Origin: Minisyncoccota bacterium
Lineage (GTDB): Bacteria; Patescibacteriota; Minisyncoccia; Phycocordibacterales; JAACPR01
Reading direction: 5' to 3'
Assembly: GCA_043728995.1 (NCBI GenBank)
Contig: JAYTLZ010000023.1
Coordinates: forward strand, 1 to 35,431
DNA: 35,431 nucleotides
Below, in pieces: positions 10,006 through 18,455 of this stretch. The notes under the pieces were generated by a model that did no database searches, was not told the origin of the DNA, and saw only the letters and a program-made list of their open reading frames with translations. Both the position numbers and the translations under genes were made by a program. Within the stretch, counting starts at the first letter, position 1. Every line of letters begins with the position of its first letter.

Positions 10006-11205
10006 ATGCAAGATATACAAACGGGCGAAAAGATTCGCGTGGCAATTAATGGATTTGGTCGAATAGGGCGAGCGTTTCTCAAACTTTCCTATAACAGGAG
10101 CGATATCGAAGTGGTAGCGATTAACGATCTTACAGATCCTGACAACATGGCATACCTGCTCAAGTACGACAGCGTGTACGGCAGAAGCGAGTTCGACGTA
10201 CGGATGCATACTGAAGAAAAGGAGCCGTTCCTGATTCTCGGAGGATTCCAGAAGGTGCTCATCTTCTCAGAAAAGGAACCTAAGAAATTGCCCTGGAAGG
10301 AACTAGCGATCGACATCGTGGTAGAGTCGACGGGATTCTTTACTGACTTTGAGGATGCGCGGGCGCACATCAAGGCAGGAGCAAAGCGCGTTGTGATATC
10401 AGCACCTGCCAAAGGTGAAGAGAACGACCAGCAGGGAACTATCTTGCTCGGTGTAAACGACGCGAAGTTCCTGACGACTGACGTTACCTCGAATGCGTCA
10501 TGTACGACTAACTCCGCGACTCCTGTAATTTCAATTCTGGATCAGACTATCGGAATCGAGAAGGCACTCCTCAATACTGTGCACGCATATACGGCGACGC
10601 AGTCAATCGTGGACGGTCCGGGTAAAAAGGACTTCCGCAACGGACGAGCGGCAGCGATGAACATCATTCCCGCATCAACGGGTGCTGCAAAGGCAACGAC
10701 ACTTGCAGTTACATCACTCACTGACAAGTTCGACGGAATCTCCCTACGAGTTCCTGTTCCTGCCGGATCTATCGCAGACATTACGTTTATCTCAAAGCGT
10801 GACACAACTGCCGAGGAGGTGAACGACATCCTGCGAAAGGCCGCACTCGATGACAACTGGAAAAATATCTTTACCGTAGTAGAGGAGGACGTGGTCTCGC
10901 AGGACATCGTTGGCAATCATCACGCATCAATCGCAGATCTTGCGCTGACACGAGTGGTCGGAGGCAACCTGGTTAAGGTGCTCGCGTGGTATGACAACGA
11001 GATCGGCTACACGAACTCCCTTGTCGAGCACGTAGCACGAGCCGGCATGCATCTGGGAGAAAAGGACAAGCCGAAGGCAAAGAAGGCGAAGAAGAAGGTA
11101 GTGAAAAAGGCAGAGGAAGCAGTAGTGGCAACACCTGCGGAGCCAGTAGCTAAGGAGGAACCTGCAAAGGAAAAGTCTGACGGCTTCTCATCGTACGGGC
11201 TGTAG
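10006..11205 (+). CDS. gap: Type I glyceraldehyde-3-phosphate dehydrogenase with Lys/Glu-rich C-terminal extension
   Basis: INGFGRIGR, ESTG, catalytic SNASCTTN, RVP, WYDNE. Confidence 0.97.
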   Translation: MQDIQTGEKIRVAINGFGRIGRAFLKLSYNRSDIEVVAINDLTDPDNMAYLLKYDSVYGRSEFDVRMHTEEKEPFLILGGFQKVLIFSEKEPKKLPWKELAIDIVVESTGFFTDFEDARAHIKAGAKRVVISAPAKGEENDQQGTILLGVNDAKFLTTDVTSNASCTTNSATPVISILDQTIGIEKALLNTVHAYTATQSIVDGPGKKDFRNGRAAAMNIIPASTGAAKATTLAVTSLTDKFDGISLRVPVPAGSIADITFISKRDTTAEEVNDILRKAALDDNWKNIFTVVEEDVVSQDIVGNHHASIADLALTRVVGGNLVKVLAWYDNEIGYTNSLVEHVARAGMHLGEKDKPKAKKAKKKVVKKAEEAVVATPAEPVAKEEPAKEKSDGFSSYGL

Positions 11206-11253
11206 TTTAGTCAGGCGCTGGTTCAAACGGTCTTTTTTGGATATAGTACAGAT

Positions 11254-11736
11254 ATGGATGACATTCGAACAATACACATAGGAAGCGATCACGCGGGATT
11301 TGAGATGAAGGAGGAGATTATCAGGTTCCTCGAGCAGAAACATTACGAGGTTATTGACCATGGCGCGTATGAACTGGATCCTGAGGACGACTACCCTGAC
11401 TTTATCCTGCCGGTTGCAGTTGCCGTATCAGAGGACCCTGCGTCCCGCGGAATTATCCTGGGAGGATCTGGTCAGGGTGAGGCTATTGTCGCAAACCGAG
11501 TTATGGGCATCCGCGCAGCTGTGTTCTATGGCGAGCCGATTGGATCTGACCAAAGTATCATCGAGCTCTCTCGATTTCATAATGACGCGAACGTACTCTC
11601 TCTGGGTGCGAGATTTCTCAAGGATGACGAGGCGCTTGAGGCGATTGACTTGTGGCTTGAGACTGCGTTCTCGGGTGAGGAGCGTCACGCTCGCAGGATT
11701 CAGAAGATAGACCAGATTGATTCTTTTAACGAATAA
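11254..11736 (+). CDS. rpiB: Ribose-5-phosphate isomerase B (GGSGxGE type)
   Basis: GSDHAG, DDYPD, GGSGQGE, HNDANVLSLG, RHARR. Confidence 0.95.
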   Translation: MDDIRTIHIGSDHAGFEMKEEIIRFLEQKHYEVIDHGAYELDPEDDYPDFILPVAVAVSEDPASRGIILGGSGQGEAIVANRVMGIRAAVFYGEPIGSDQSIIELSRFHNDANVLSLGARFLKDDEALEAIDLWLETAFSGEERHARRIQKIDQIDSFNE

Positions 11737-11739
11737 CAT

Positions 11740-12423
11740 ATGACCAAAAAGATTATCCCGGCAATCCTGCCCGCAGACTACTTTGAGCTTGAGAAGCACC
11801 TTGAGCGCGTAAAGGGCGTGACCGATTTCGTGCAGATAGATATCTGCAACGGGACTTATACTCCATCCAAGACTTGGCCGTTTACGCATACTCCCGATAT
11901 CTATTTTGACAAGATGGTCTCGCAGGAGGAGGGCATGCCGTTCTGGGAGGACATAGATTTCGAGATCGACCTCATGGTCATGAATCCCGAGGAGGTGTAT
12001 GAGGAGTTTATACAGATCGGTCCGTCTCGGATCATCTTTCACTTTGAGACGATGAAGGATCCTCTTGCATTTATTACCAAGCTAAAAGAGGAACAGCAGC
12101 TGATCGAGATCGGTATCGCGTTCTCAAATGACACGCGAGCCATGGATCACAGGGACGTGATAGAAATCGCTGACGTTGTACAGTTCATGGGAATTTCCAA
12201 GATCGGATTCCAGGGACAACCGTTTGATGAAAGGGTACTGGAGCAAGTACGTGAGATTCGAGAAGCGTTTCCAGAAAAGATTATCGCAGTGGATGGATCC
12301 GTGAACGACGATACGCTTTCGGAACTGTCTGATGCCGGCGTAAATCACTTCGTGACCGGAAGCGCCTTTTTCAATACGAATAATCTGATCGAGACGCTGG
12401 AGGATTTTGAGAGCATGATCTAG
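11740..12423 (+). CDS. rpe: Ribulose-phosphate 3-epimerase (divergent)
   Basis: IIPAIL, QIDICNG, DLMV, HFE, MG...GFQGQPF, AVDG, VTGSA; lies between rpiB and tkt. Confidence 0.85.
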   Translation: MTKKIIPAILPADYFELEKHLERVKGVTDFVQIDICNGTYTPSKTWPFTHTPDIYFDKMVSQEEGMPFWEDIDFEIDLMVMNPEEVYEEFIQIGPSRIIFHFETMKDPLAFITKLKEEQQLIEIGIAFSNDTRAMDHRDVIEIADVVQFMGISKIGFQGQPFDERVLEQVREIREAFPEKIIAVDGSVNDDTLSELSDAGVNHFVTGSAFFNTNNLIETLEDFESMI

Positions 12424-12489
12424 AGGGTAATCCGAGCGACGGAACCGTGCGTATAAAAAGTTTGGGAACTCATGTTATACTTTTTACAT

Positions 12490-13359
12490 ATGGGGAACAT
12501 CTCTGACAAAAAGGTACGAGAGTTGCAGAAGGAGGCGAACGGGATTCGTCAGTCTATTATCGAAATGCTCATGGAGGCAGGGTCCGGACACACTGCGGGA
12601 CCGCTTGGCATGACGGATATTTTTACATACCTGTATTTTTACGGACTCAAGCATGATGCGGACAAGCCGGATTGGGAGGAGCGCGATAGGCTCGTGCTTT
12701 CGAATGGACACATCTGTCCGGTGCTGTATGCGACACTTGCACATGCGGGATATTTTGAAAAGGCGGAATTGAAAACATTGCGCAAACTGGGATCTCGTCT
12801 GCAGGGACATCCGCACCGGGAATTTTTGCCATACGTTGAGAACAGTTCGGGACCGCTTGGGTCTGGGTTATCACAAGCTGTCGGCATGTGCCTTGCTGAT
12901 CGTATGGATGTCGGACTGACTTCGGCAAAACATTTCTACTGCATGCTTGGAGACGGCGAACTGCAGGAAGGGCAGAACTGGGAGGCGATGTTTCTTGCTG
13001 GAAAGGAAAAGCTGCACAACCTGATTGCCATCGTCGACCGGAACAACATCCAGATCGACGGATACACGGAGGACGTCATGCCGCTTAATCCTCTTGGAGA
13101 CAAGTGGCGATCCTTCAATTGGCACGTGCAGGAAATAGACGGACATAACTTTGAGGCAATCGATACCGCGATCGAGGCGGCCAAGACCGCGTTCGGACGA
13201 CCGTCTGTAATCATTGCGCACACGATTCCTGGAAAGGGAGTGCCAGAATTTGAACGATTGCCGGTGTGGCACGGCAAGGCCCCCAACAAGGAGGAGGGAG
13301 CTCGAGCACTCAAGGCGCTCCGTACGCTTGGCGGACAGATAACAGGAGAACACGAATAA
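12490..13359 (+). CDS. Transketolase, N-terminal (TPP-binding) subunit
   Basis: GSGH, DRLVLSNGH, LQGHP, GDGELQEG...N TPP motif; ATG 12490 preferred (8 nt after TGTTATACT). Confidence 0.95.
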   Translation: MGNISDKKVRELQKEANGIRQSIIEMLMEAGSGHTAGPLGMTDIFTYLYFYGLKHDADKPDWEERDRLVLSNGHICPVLYATLAHAGYFEKAELKTLRKLGSRLQGHPHREFLPYVENSSGPLGSGLSQAVGMCLADRMDVGLTSAKHFYCMLGDGELQEGQNWEAMFLAGKEKLHNLIAIVDRNNIQIDGYTEDVMPLNPLGDKWRSFNWHVQEIDGHNFEAIDTAIEAAKTAFGRPSVIIAHTIPGKGVPEFERLPVWHGKAPNKEEGARALKALRTLGGQITGEHE

Positions 13360-13360
13360 T

Positions 13361-14356
13361 ATGCTGAACGAAAAACTACATTTGAATGAGAACATGTTCG
13401 ACGCTGATGTCGAGAAGGTTCCGCTGCGCGCAGGATTCGGCGACGGACTTGTCGAGGCTGCAGAAAAAAACAAGAACGTGGTCGGGCTTTGTGCCGACCT
13501 GACCGAGTCGACACGCATGGAGGATTTTTCCAAGAAGTTCCCTGAGCGATTTATCGAGATCGGTATCAGTGAGCAGAACCTGGCATCAGTCGCGTCCGGA
13601 ATGGCACGCATGGGCAAGATTCCGTTTATCTCAAGTTATGCGATGTTTTCTCCTGGAAGAAATTGGGAGCAGATCAGAACGACCATCGCGTACAACGACG
13701 TGCCAGTCAAGATCATCGGATCTCATGCAGGTGTGTCAGTTGGTCCTGACGGAGGAACACACCAGGCACTTGAGGACATCGCTCTGATGCGAATTATTCC
13801 GCGCATGCAGGTGATCTGTCCATGCGACGTACACGAGGCGCGTAAGGCGACACTGCTTGCTGCGGCGAACAGCCATCCCACGTATATCCGCCTTGCGCGC
13901 GAGAAGACTCCTGTCATCACGACACCGGACACGCCGTTTGAGATCGGGAAGGCGCAGATATTCTTCCAATCTAAGGGTGATACAATGGATGTAGGAATAG
14001 TGGCCTGCGGGCCGCTTGTGCACGAGGCGCTCAAGGCCGCACAGGAACTGGATGACCAGGGGATAAAGGTGGCAGTACTCAACATGGCAACTATCAAGCC
14101 ACTCGACGTGGATGCGTTGAAGTCACTGATCCGAAACTCGCGAGCACTCGTGACAGTAGAGGAGCATCAGGCGGCCGGAGGACTTGGGAGCGCGGTTGCG
14201 GAATTTGCTGCGGCAAACGTCCCTGTGCCGATCGAGTTTGTCGCGGTGCAAGATCAGTTCGGACAGTCAGGCAAGCCGGACGAGCTGCTTGATTTGTACC
14301 GATTAACTCAGAACGCGATCGAGGAAGCAGTGATGAAAGTAATCTCACGCAAATAA
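13361..14356 (+). CDS. Transketolase, C-terminal subunit
   Basis: ADL..ST, EIGISEQN, DGGTHQALED, TVEEH..GGLGS. Confidence 0.95.
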   Translation: MLNEKLHLNENMFDADVEKVPLRAGFGDGLVEAAEKNKNVVGLCADLTESTRMEDFSKKFPERFIEIGISEQNLASVASGMARMGKIPFISSYAMFSPGRNWEQIRTTIAYNDVPVKIIGSHAGVSVGPDGGTHQALEDIALMRIIPRMQVICPCDVHEARKATLLAAANSHPTYIRLAREKTPVITTPDTPFEIGKAQIFFQSKGDTMDVGIVACGPLVHEALKAAQELDDQGIKVAVLNMATIKPLDVDALKSLIRNSRALVTVEEHQAAGGLGSAVAEFAAANVPVPIEFVAVQDQFGQSGKPDELLDLYRLTQNAIEEAVMKVISRK

Positions 14357-14357
14357 T

Positions 14358-15650
14358 ATGAATGGAATTCAAAAAATTTTAATACTGACGTGTGTGTTCG
14401 TTTTTTCAACGATAGTAATTCCCTCTGTTCATGCGCAGGAATTTCCGCCGCTTGCAAAACTGGCCCAGGAATATCTTACGCGACTTAACGCTCAGGAGGG
14501 CAGAAACGTTTTGGCCCAGAACGTCGTCAATCCTGAGCAGTTTGAGAAGGTAGCCCTGGCAGAATCAATCGAGACGGTTAACAAGTCGATCGAGGAGTTG
14601 CGGATCGAAAAGCAGAAGGCGATAACTGAGATCCAGGAAGCGGCCAAGAAGGACATCGATGCGGCGATCATCTCAATCCGTAAGGCGACCCAGAAGCCCG
14701 CGTACGAACTACAGCGTGCGATAGATGGCGAGCGAACGTTCCTTTTTGAAAATGTTACGGGAACGATTGACACGGTTGAGCCAGGTGATACTGAATTGAT
14801 TCAGACACTGCTGGCAGATGTCATCAAGTCACTCGGAAAGATCGAGCAGAGTCTCGAAGAAGAATCTGGACAAAGTGTGGACTTTCAGTTGTCACAACGT
14901 GACGTACGAACTACCTTGCTGCGACTCGAACAGCTGCTAGTCCAAAAGAAGCAGGTGATAGACTCGCGTGCTGGAGGTCTTGTCTTTGAGGATACTGACT
15001 TGGACGGACTTTCTGACTACGACGAGACATACATATATATGACTAATGCACTGGATGCAAGAACCCAGGGAGAGGGGATGTCCGACGGAGAAAAGGTGCG
15101 CGACGGAATAAACCCACTAAGCGAGTCACAGGAGAAGATGACGTATGAGGACCCGCGAGTGGATTCGACCGTGCACATCACATCAACCTATACCGTGCAG
15201 AAGGTCCAGCTGATCAAGGAGGGCGAGACATCCGAGCTCTTGTTCGAGGGAGTCGCGCTGCCCAACAGCTATGTAACGCTTTTCATATACAGTACGCCGA
15301 TCGTCGCGATGGTCAAGACCGACTCGGACGGATCATGGACCTACGAGCTTGATCAGGAGATCGAGAACGGGGAGCACCAGATGTACGTGGCAACCGTGGA
15401 TGGCTCAGGTAAGTTGCTCGCAAAATCTAATCCTATTTTGTTTACCAAGTCCGCTGAGGCTGCGACTATTGGAATCGCAGGATCACTTGAGCAGTCGGTG
15501 AACGCGCAGACTTTTCTCAAGGATAACTTTATATTGATTACGCTCGCCCTGTTGATTGCCGTCGTTATTCTGACCATGATGTTTGTTGGAAATCACAAGG
15601 ATGTTCGTTCTGCCGTCATGAATTTGCGTAACGAGCTGAATCAGCCATAG
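14358..15650 (+). CDS. Secreted, membrane-anchored protein with coiled coil, DxDxDG Ca-binding motif, Ig-like domain and C-terminal TM helix
   Basis: Signal peptide ending VHA-Q; DTDLDGLSDYDE; G.A.PNS.V.L...YS.P...DSDG.W Big-like motif; hydrophobic C-terminal helix. Confidence 0.7.
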   Translation: MNGIQKILILTCVFVFSTIVIPSVHAQEFPPLAKLAQEYLTRLNAQEGRNVLAQNVVNPEQFEKVALAESIETVNKSIEELRIEKQKAITEIQEAAKKDIDAAIISIRKATQKPAYELQRAIDGERTFLFENVTGTIDTVEPGDTELIQTLLADVIKSLGKIEQSLEEESGQSVDFQLSQRDVRTTLLRLEQLLVQKKQVIDSRAGGLVFEDTDLDGLSDYDETYIYMTNALDARTQGEGMSDGEKVRDGINPLSESQEKMTYEDPRVDSTVHITSTYTVQKVQLIKEGETSELLFEGVALPNSYVTLFIYSTPIVAMVKTDSDGSWTYELDQEIENGEHQMYVATVDGSGKLLAKSNPILFTKSAEAATIGIAGSLEQSVNAQTFLKDNFILITLALLIAVVILTMMFVGNHKDVRSAVMNLRNELNQP

Positions 15651-15669
15651 GAGGAAAGGGGTTGGACCA

Positions 15670-15697
15670 TTGACAATAATACCCAAAGTTGTATTAT
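15670..15697 (+). promoter_or_regulatory. Sigma70 promoter of the PEP-CTERM-like gene
   Basis: TTGACA-16 nt-TATTAT. Confidence 0.65.
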
Positions 15698-15749
15698 GAG
15701 TCCAATACTTCGCTCCTTTCAATGAGGACGAACAACCCCAAATAATGAA

Positions 15750-16487
15750 ATGAAGACGCTTATTGCGCTTTTTGTTGCCACATTCGCTTTGACGAATGTG
15801 CGCGGAGCTGTGACAGTGACTGAAATCACCCGAGCAGAGTACAATACTACCACTGCGGCACTGCCCGCATGGAACGTACATCTTCAGGCAGGGTTTCCCA
15901 GCTCAGTTCCTGAAATTTTTATTACCCGCGGAGGAGTAAGTGGTACTGTGACGGCCAACCATACATGGTTCCAGCCCGAACAGTTCGGTCTGTCGTACAC
16001 TGACGTTGGTGATCTGGTAACTCGGGTTGGCTCAACCCAGGTAACCGTACAGCCGATCATGTCGTTCAACTCGATCGCAGTTAAGATTCAGGACTTTGCA
16101 TTCTTCGGTCCAACCGGAATGCAGAACCTGAAGGTGAACGGCGAATCGTTCGGGAACTATATGGTCGATAATAACGATAGCGGTTTGCGAGCCTACAGAT
16201 ACTTGCTGATTTCGGGATTTGGAGATGAGGTTGATATCACCTCGGCCCTTAGCATGAGCGAGTGGTCGGGTTCTGACGATTCAACCTGGACATTTACGGG
16301 CGTGAATGTACCAGAGCCGTCGTCTCTCGTCCTTACAACCCTTGGAATGCTCTCAGTGCTTCTGAGACGCAAAAGACCTGCCGTTCGCGGCGGGTCTTTT
16401 CTTTATAATTTCACATCAGTCCATTACGTACTCGCATCTACGGTTACCAAAAAAGCCGGAGGATGTTGCTTCCTTAATGCACTTTGA
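15750..16487 (+). CDS. PEP-CTERM-type sorting-signal protein; no stop after the basic tail, reads through the terminator
   Basis: Signal peptide MKTLIALFVATFALTNVRG; VPEPSSLVLTTLGMLSVLLRRKR at 16308-16376. Confidence 0.75.
   Translation: MKTLIALFVATFALTNVRGAVTVTEITRAEYNTTTAALPAWNVHLQAGFPSSVPEIFITRGGVSGTVTANHTWFQPEQFGLSYTDVGDLVTRVGSTQVTVQPIMSFNSIAVKIQDFAFFGPTGMQNLKVNGESFGNYMVDNNDSGLRAYRYLLISGFGDEVDITSALSMSEWSGSDDSTWTFTGVNVPEPSSLVLTTLGMLSVLLRRKRPAVRGGSFLYNFTSVHYVLASTVTKKAGGCCFLNAL
16371..16404. terminator. Bidirectional terminator between the PEP-CTERM gene and the convergent pilin gene
   Basis: AAAAGACCTGCCG-TTCG-CGGCGGGTCTTTT. Confidence 0.8.
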
Positions 16488-17003
16488 ATTTGATCCCTTG
16501 AGCACCCATATTAGCTTATAATTATTGCAGGATGTATCTTCGTTCGGGTGGCAGTTATATGTTACTCCTCTGAAGTCCGAATTACTTATGAGAATTGAAT
16601 CACGAGAAGCAGGAGGTCCGGGGATATACGTGCTAAGTGAGGAATTTATTTGGTTGTCACCATCCTGGTTTAGATAACATTTTTCTGATTCCTCGTAACC
16701 GATACACCTTGCAATATTTTCTTCTCCTGCTCCTGCGTTTGGATAAGAGGAATTGTTTGACCTATATAATTCAAGGGCTTTTATGTATTCCAGTACCAAG
16801 TTGTTTTTTGCTGTATTAGTAGCCTTCGCCCTCGCGTCACTGAGTGCCGCCAATACAACAGTAGAAAGCAGCGCAATTATGGAAATGACGACCAATAACT
16901 CGATCAGGGTAAACCCTCCGGATTCATTTCGAGCGATTCTCACAGAGCGGCTTGGGGGAGTCGAAGGGCTGTCTGTATCAAATTCTCGATATGATGTGTT
17001 CAT
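16416..17003 (-). CDS. Type IV pilin/pseudopilin with prepilin N-methylation motif
   Basis: G|FTLIELLVVISIIALLSTVVLAAL..AR.KA, ALELY...YP; six Cys in the variable domain. Confidence 0.92.
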   Translation of the reverse strand: MNTSYREFDTDSPSTPPSRSVRIARNESGGFTLIELLVVISIIALLSTVVLAALSDARAKATNTAKNNLVLEYIKALELYRSNNSSYPNAGAGEENIARCIGYEESEKCYLNQDGDNQINSSLSTYIPGPPASRDSILISNSDFRGVTYNCHPNEDTSCNNYKLIWVLKGSNSKCIKEATSSGFFGNRRCEYVMD

Positions 17004-17007
17004 TATA

Positions 17008-17412
17008 TTATTGTAGGAGGGGGTCCTTGCCTTGTCGTACCAACTCTATGTATTCCTGGAACTGGTAGACGTTGCCGTCCTTGTCCACGACAACATCGTT
17101 CGCTGGTGCGGTGCGTGCAAGAATGATCCCGGCAGTAAGCCCGAGTGTGGCGAGTACGGTCGCAAGAAGCATGATCAGTGCCTGCTTCTCGTTCTTGGCG
17201 ATACCCGTCTTAAGGAGAAGGGAAATCATCGTCGGTGTAGTAGGCTCACCGAGCAGTCTTCGCGATTTTATGTGGAATTCGTTCTGTTCGATAAAGTCGA
17301 CTCTGTCCATTGCTTTAAGTGTAGCATTTTCGGGCCGGAACCATAATCTGACGGGTGTGTACAAGATTTTTCTGATGCTGTTTCTGGAGTTTCTGAGTCG
17401 GGAAAGGTACAT
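17008..17412 (-). CDS. Small membrane protein (true start may be the internal MDRVDF)
   Basis: LLLKTGIAKNEKQA followed by one TM helix; stop is 4 nt upstream of the pilin start. Confidence 0.6.
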   Translation of the reverse strand: MYLSRLRNSRNSIRKILYTPVRLWFRPENATLKAMDRVDFIEQNEFHIKSRRLLGEPTTPTMISLLLKTGIAKNEKQALIMLLATVLATLGLTAGIILARTAPANDVVVDKDGNVYQFQEYIELVRQGKDPLLQ

Positions 17413-17475
17413 GATAAGGAGTTGAAATAATAAACTAGACGTGTATAATGGTCAAACACTCAGGTGTTGAAAACT

Positions 17476-17549
17476 AGCGGGGTGGAGGAGAGGTACCTCG
17501 TGAGGCTCATAACCTCAAGGCTCTGGTTCGATTCCAGACCCCGCTACCA
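17476..17549 (+). tRNA. tRNA-Met(CAT), initiator type, CCA encoded
   Basis: AGCGGGG/CCCCGCT acceptor, GAGG/CCTC D stem (A11-U24), TGAGG-CTCATAA-CCTCA, TCTGG-TTCGATT-CCAGA, ACCA end; TATAAT at 17444-17449. Confidence 0.92.
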
Positions 17550-17552
17550 GGA

Positions 17553-17581
17553 GAAAAGGGCCGGCTTTGCCGGCCCTTTTC
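17553..17581 (+). terminator. Terminator after initiator tRNA
   Basis: GAAAAGGGCCGGC-TTT-GCCGGCCCTTTTC. Confidence 0.8.
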
Positions 17582-17613
17582 GTATAATATGAACATATGG
17601 TATTGTGTTGTAT

Positions 17614-18304
17614 ATGGCAAAAGGTGTTCAGAAATCAAAAGCTATCCTTTTGAGAAAGAAAGGAAAAAGTCTTTCTGAAATCGCACAGGAGCTTGGTGTT
17701 TCCAAAGGTTCGGTGAGTATCTGGGTTCGAGATATCGAATTATCTAAATCTGCACAGAAGAACCTTTCACTTAAGATACAAAGGGGGTTCATATATGCGA
17801 AGAATAAAGGGCTCGTTGACTAATAGAGATAAAAGGACTGCAGTACAAGAGAAGGTACGGCAAACAGCTGAAAAAGAGTTGGGTAAGATAAGTGAGCGAG
17901 ACCTCCTTATGATTGGTACGGCTTTATTCTGGGCAGAAGGAAACAAGAAAGGAAGCAGGTTTGTTTTTTCAAACTCAGATCCCGCCATGATTTCATTGAT
18001 GGCCTCATTTCTACAAAAGTGCATGGGCGTCACTCATGATGAAATGTATCTCAGCATACAAATTAATGAGAGTCATAAGAGTCGCTCAGACAAGGTCATA
18101 AAATTCTGGATGAAGCACCTTAATTTTGATAAAAGCCAAATCAGGGGACCATATTTCATTCGAAGCAAGACCGTTAAGGAATATGCAAATTCAGATAACT
18201 ATTTTGGTATCGCACGAATGCAAGTGCGAAGAAGTTCCGTTTTACAATACCGAATTTTAGGGTATATTAGAGGTCTTGCGGAGCGTTTTAACATGTCGGG
18301 GTAG
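17614..18304 (+). pseudogene. Frameshifted HTH + LAGLIDADG-like gene (ORFs 17605-17823 and 17795-18304); stop codon lies inside the tRNA-Met gene
   Basis: N part: LRKKGKSLSEIAQELGVSKGSVSIWVR (HTH). C part: IGTALFWAEG...FSNSDP (LAGLIDADG-like helix). Removing one base, e.g. from G5 at 17783-17787, fuses them. AT-rich. Confidence 0.7.
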
Positions 18305-18368
18305 CTCAGGTGGTTAGAGCGGTCGTTTCATAAGCGACAGGTCATGAGTTCAACTCTCATCCTCGGCA
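18295..18368 (+). tRNA. tRNA-Met(CAT), probably elongator (Ile2 not fully excluded)
   Basis: GTCGGGG/CCTCGGC acceptor, GCTC/GAGC D stem, GTCGT-TTCATAA-GCGAC, ATGAG-TTCAACT-CTCAT, discriminator A. Confidence 0.9.
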
Positions 18369-18455
18369 CAATTTACATGCGCACGGCATTTTCGTTTGTT
18401 GCTAAAAAAGCCTTGCACTGTATAATCCATCCATACTATTTAACGCATTATTATA

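Noticed and set aside
12490-14356. Split transketolase as a frameshifted pseudogene
   Set aside because: Two-subunit transketolases are common, and both halves are complete with their own start and stop.
15724-16334. Leader GAGGACGA complementary to TCGTCCTT near the end of the PEP-CTERM gene
   Set aside because: Only 7-8 bp and inside the coding sequence; compatible with chance.
17476-18368. The two tRNA-Met genes as attL/attR duplication of an integrated element
   Set aside because: Their sequences are dissimilar (initiator versus elongator type), with no direct repeat and no integrase.
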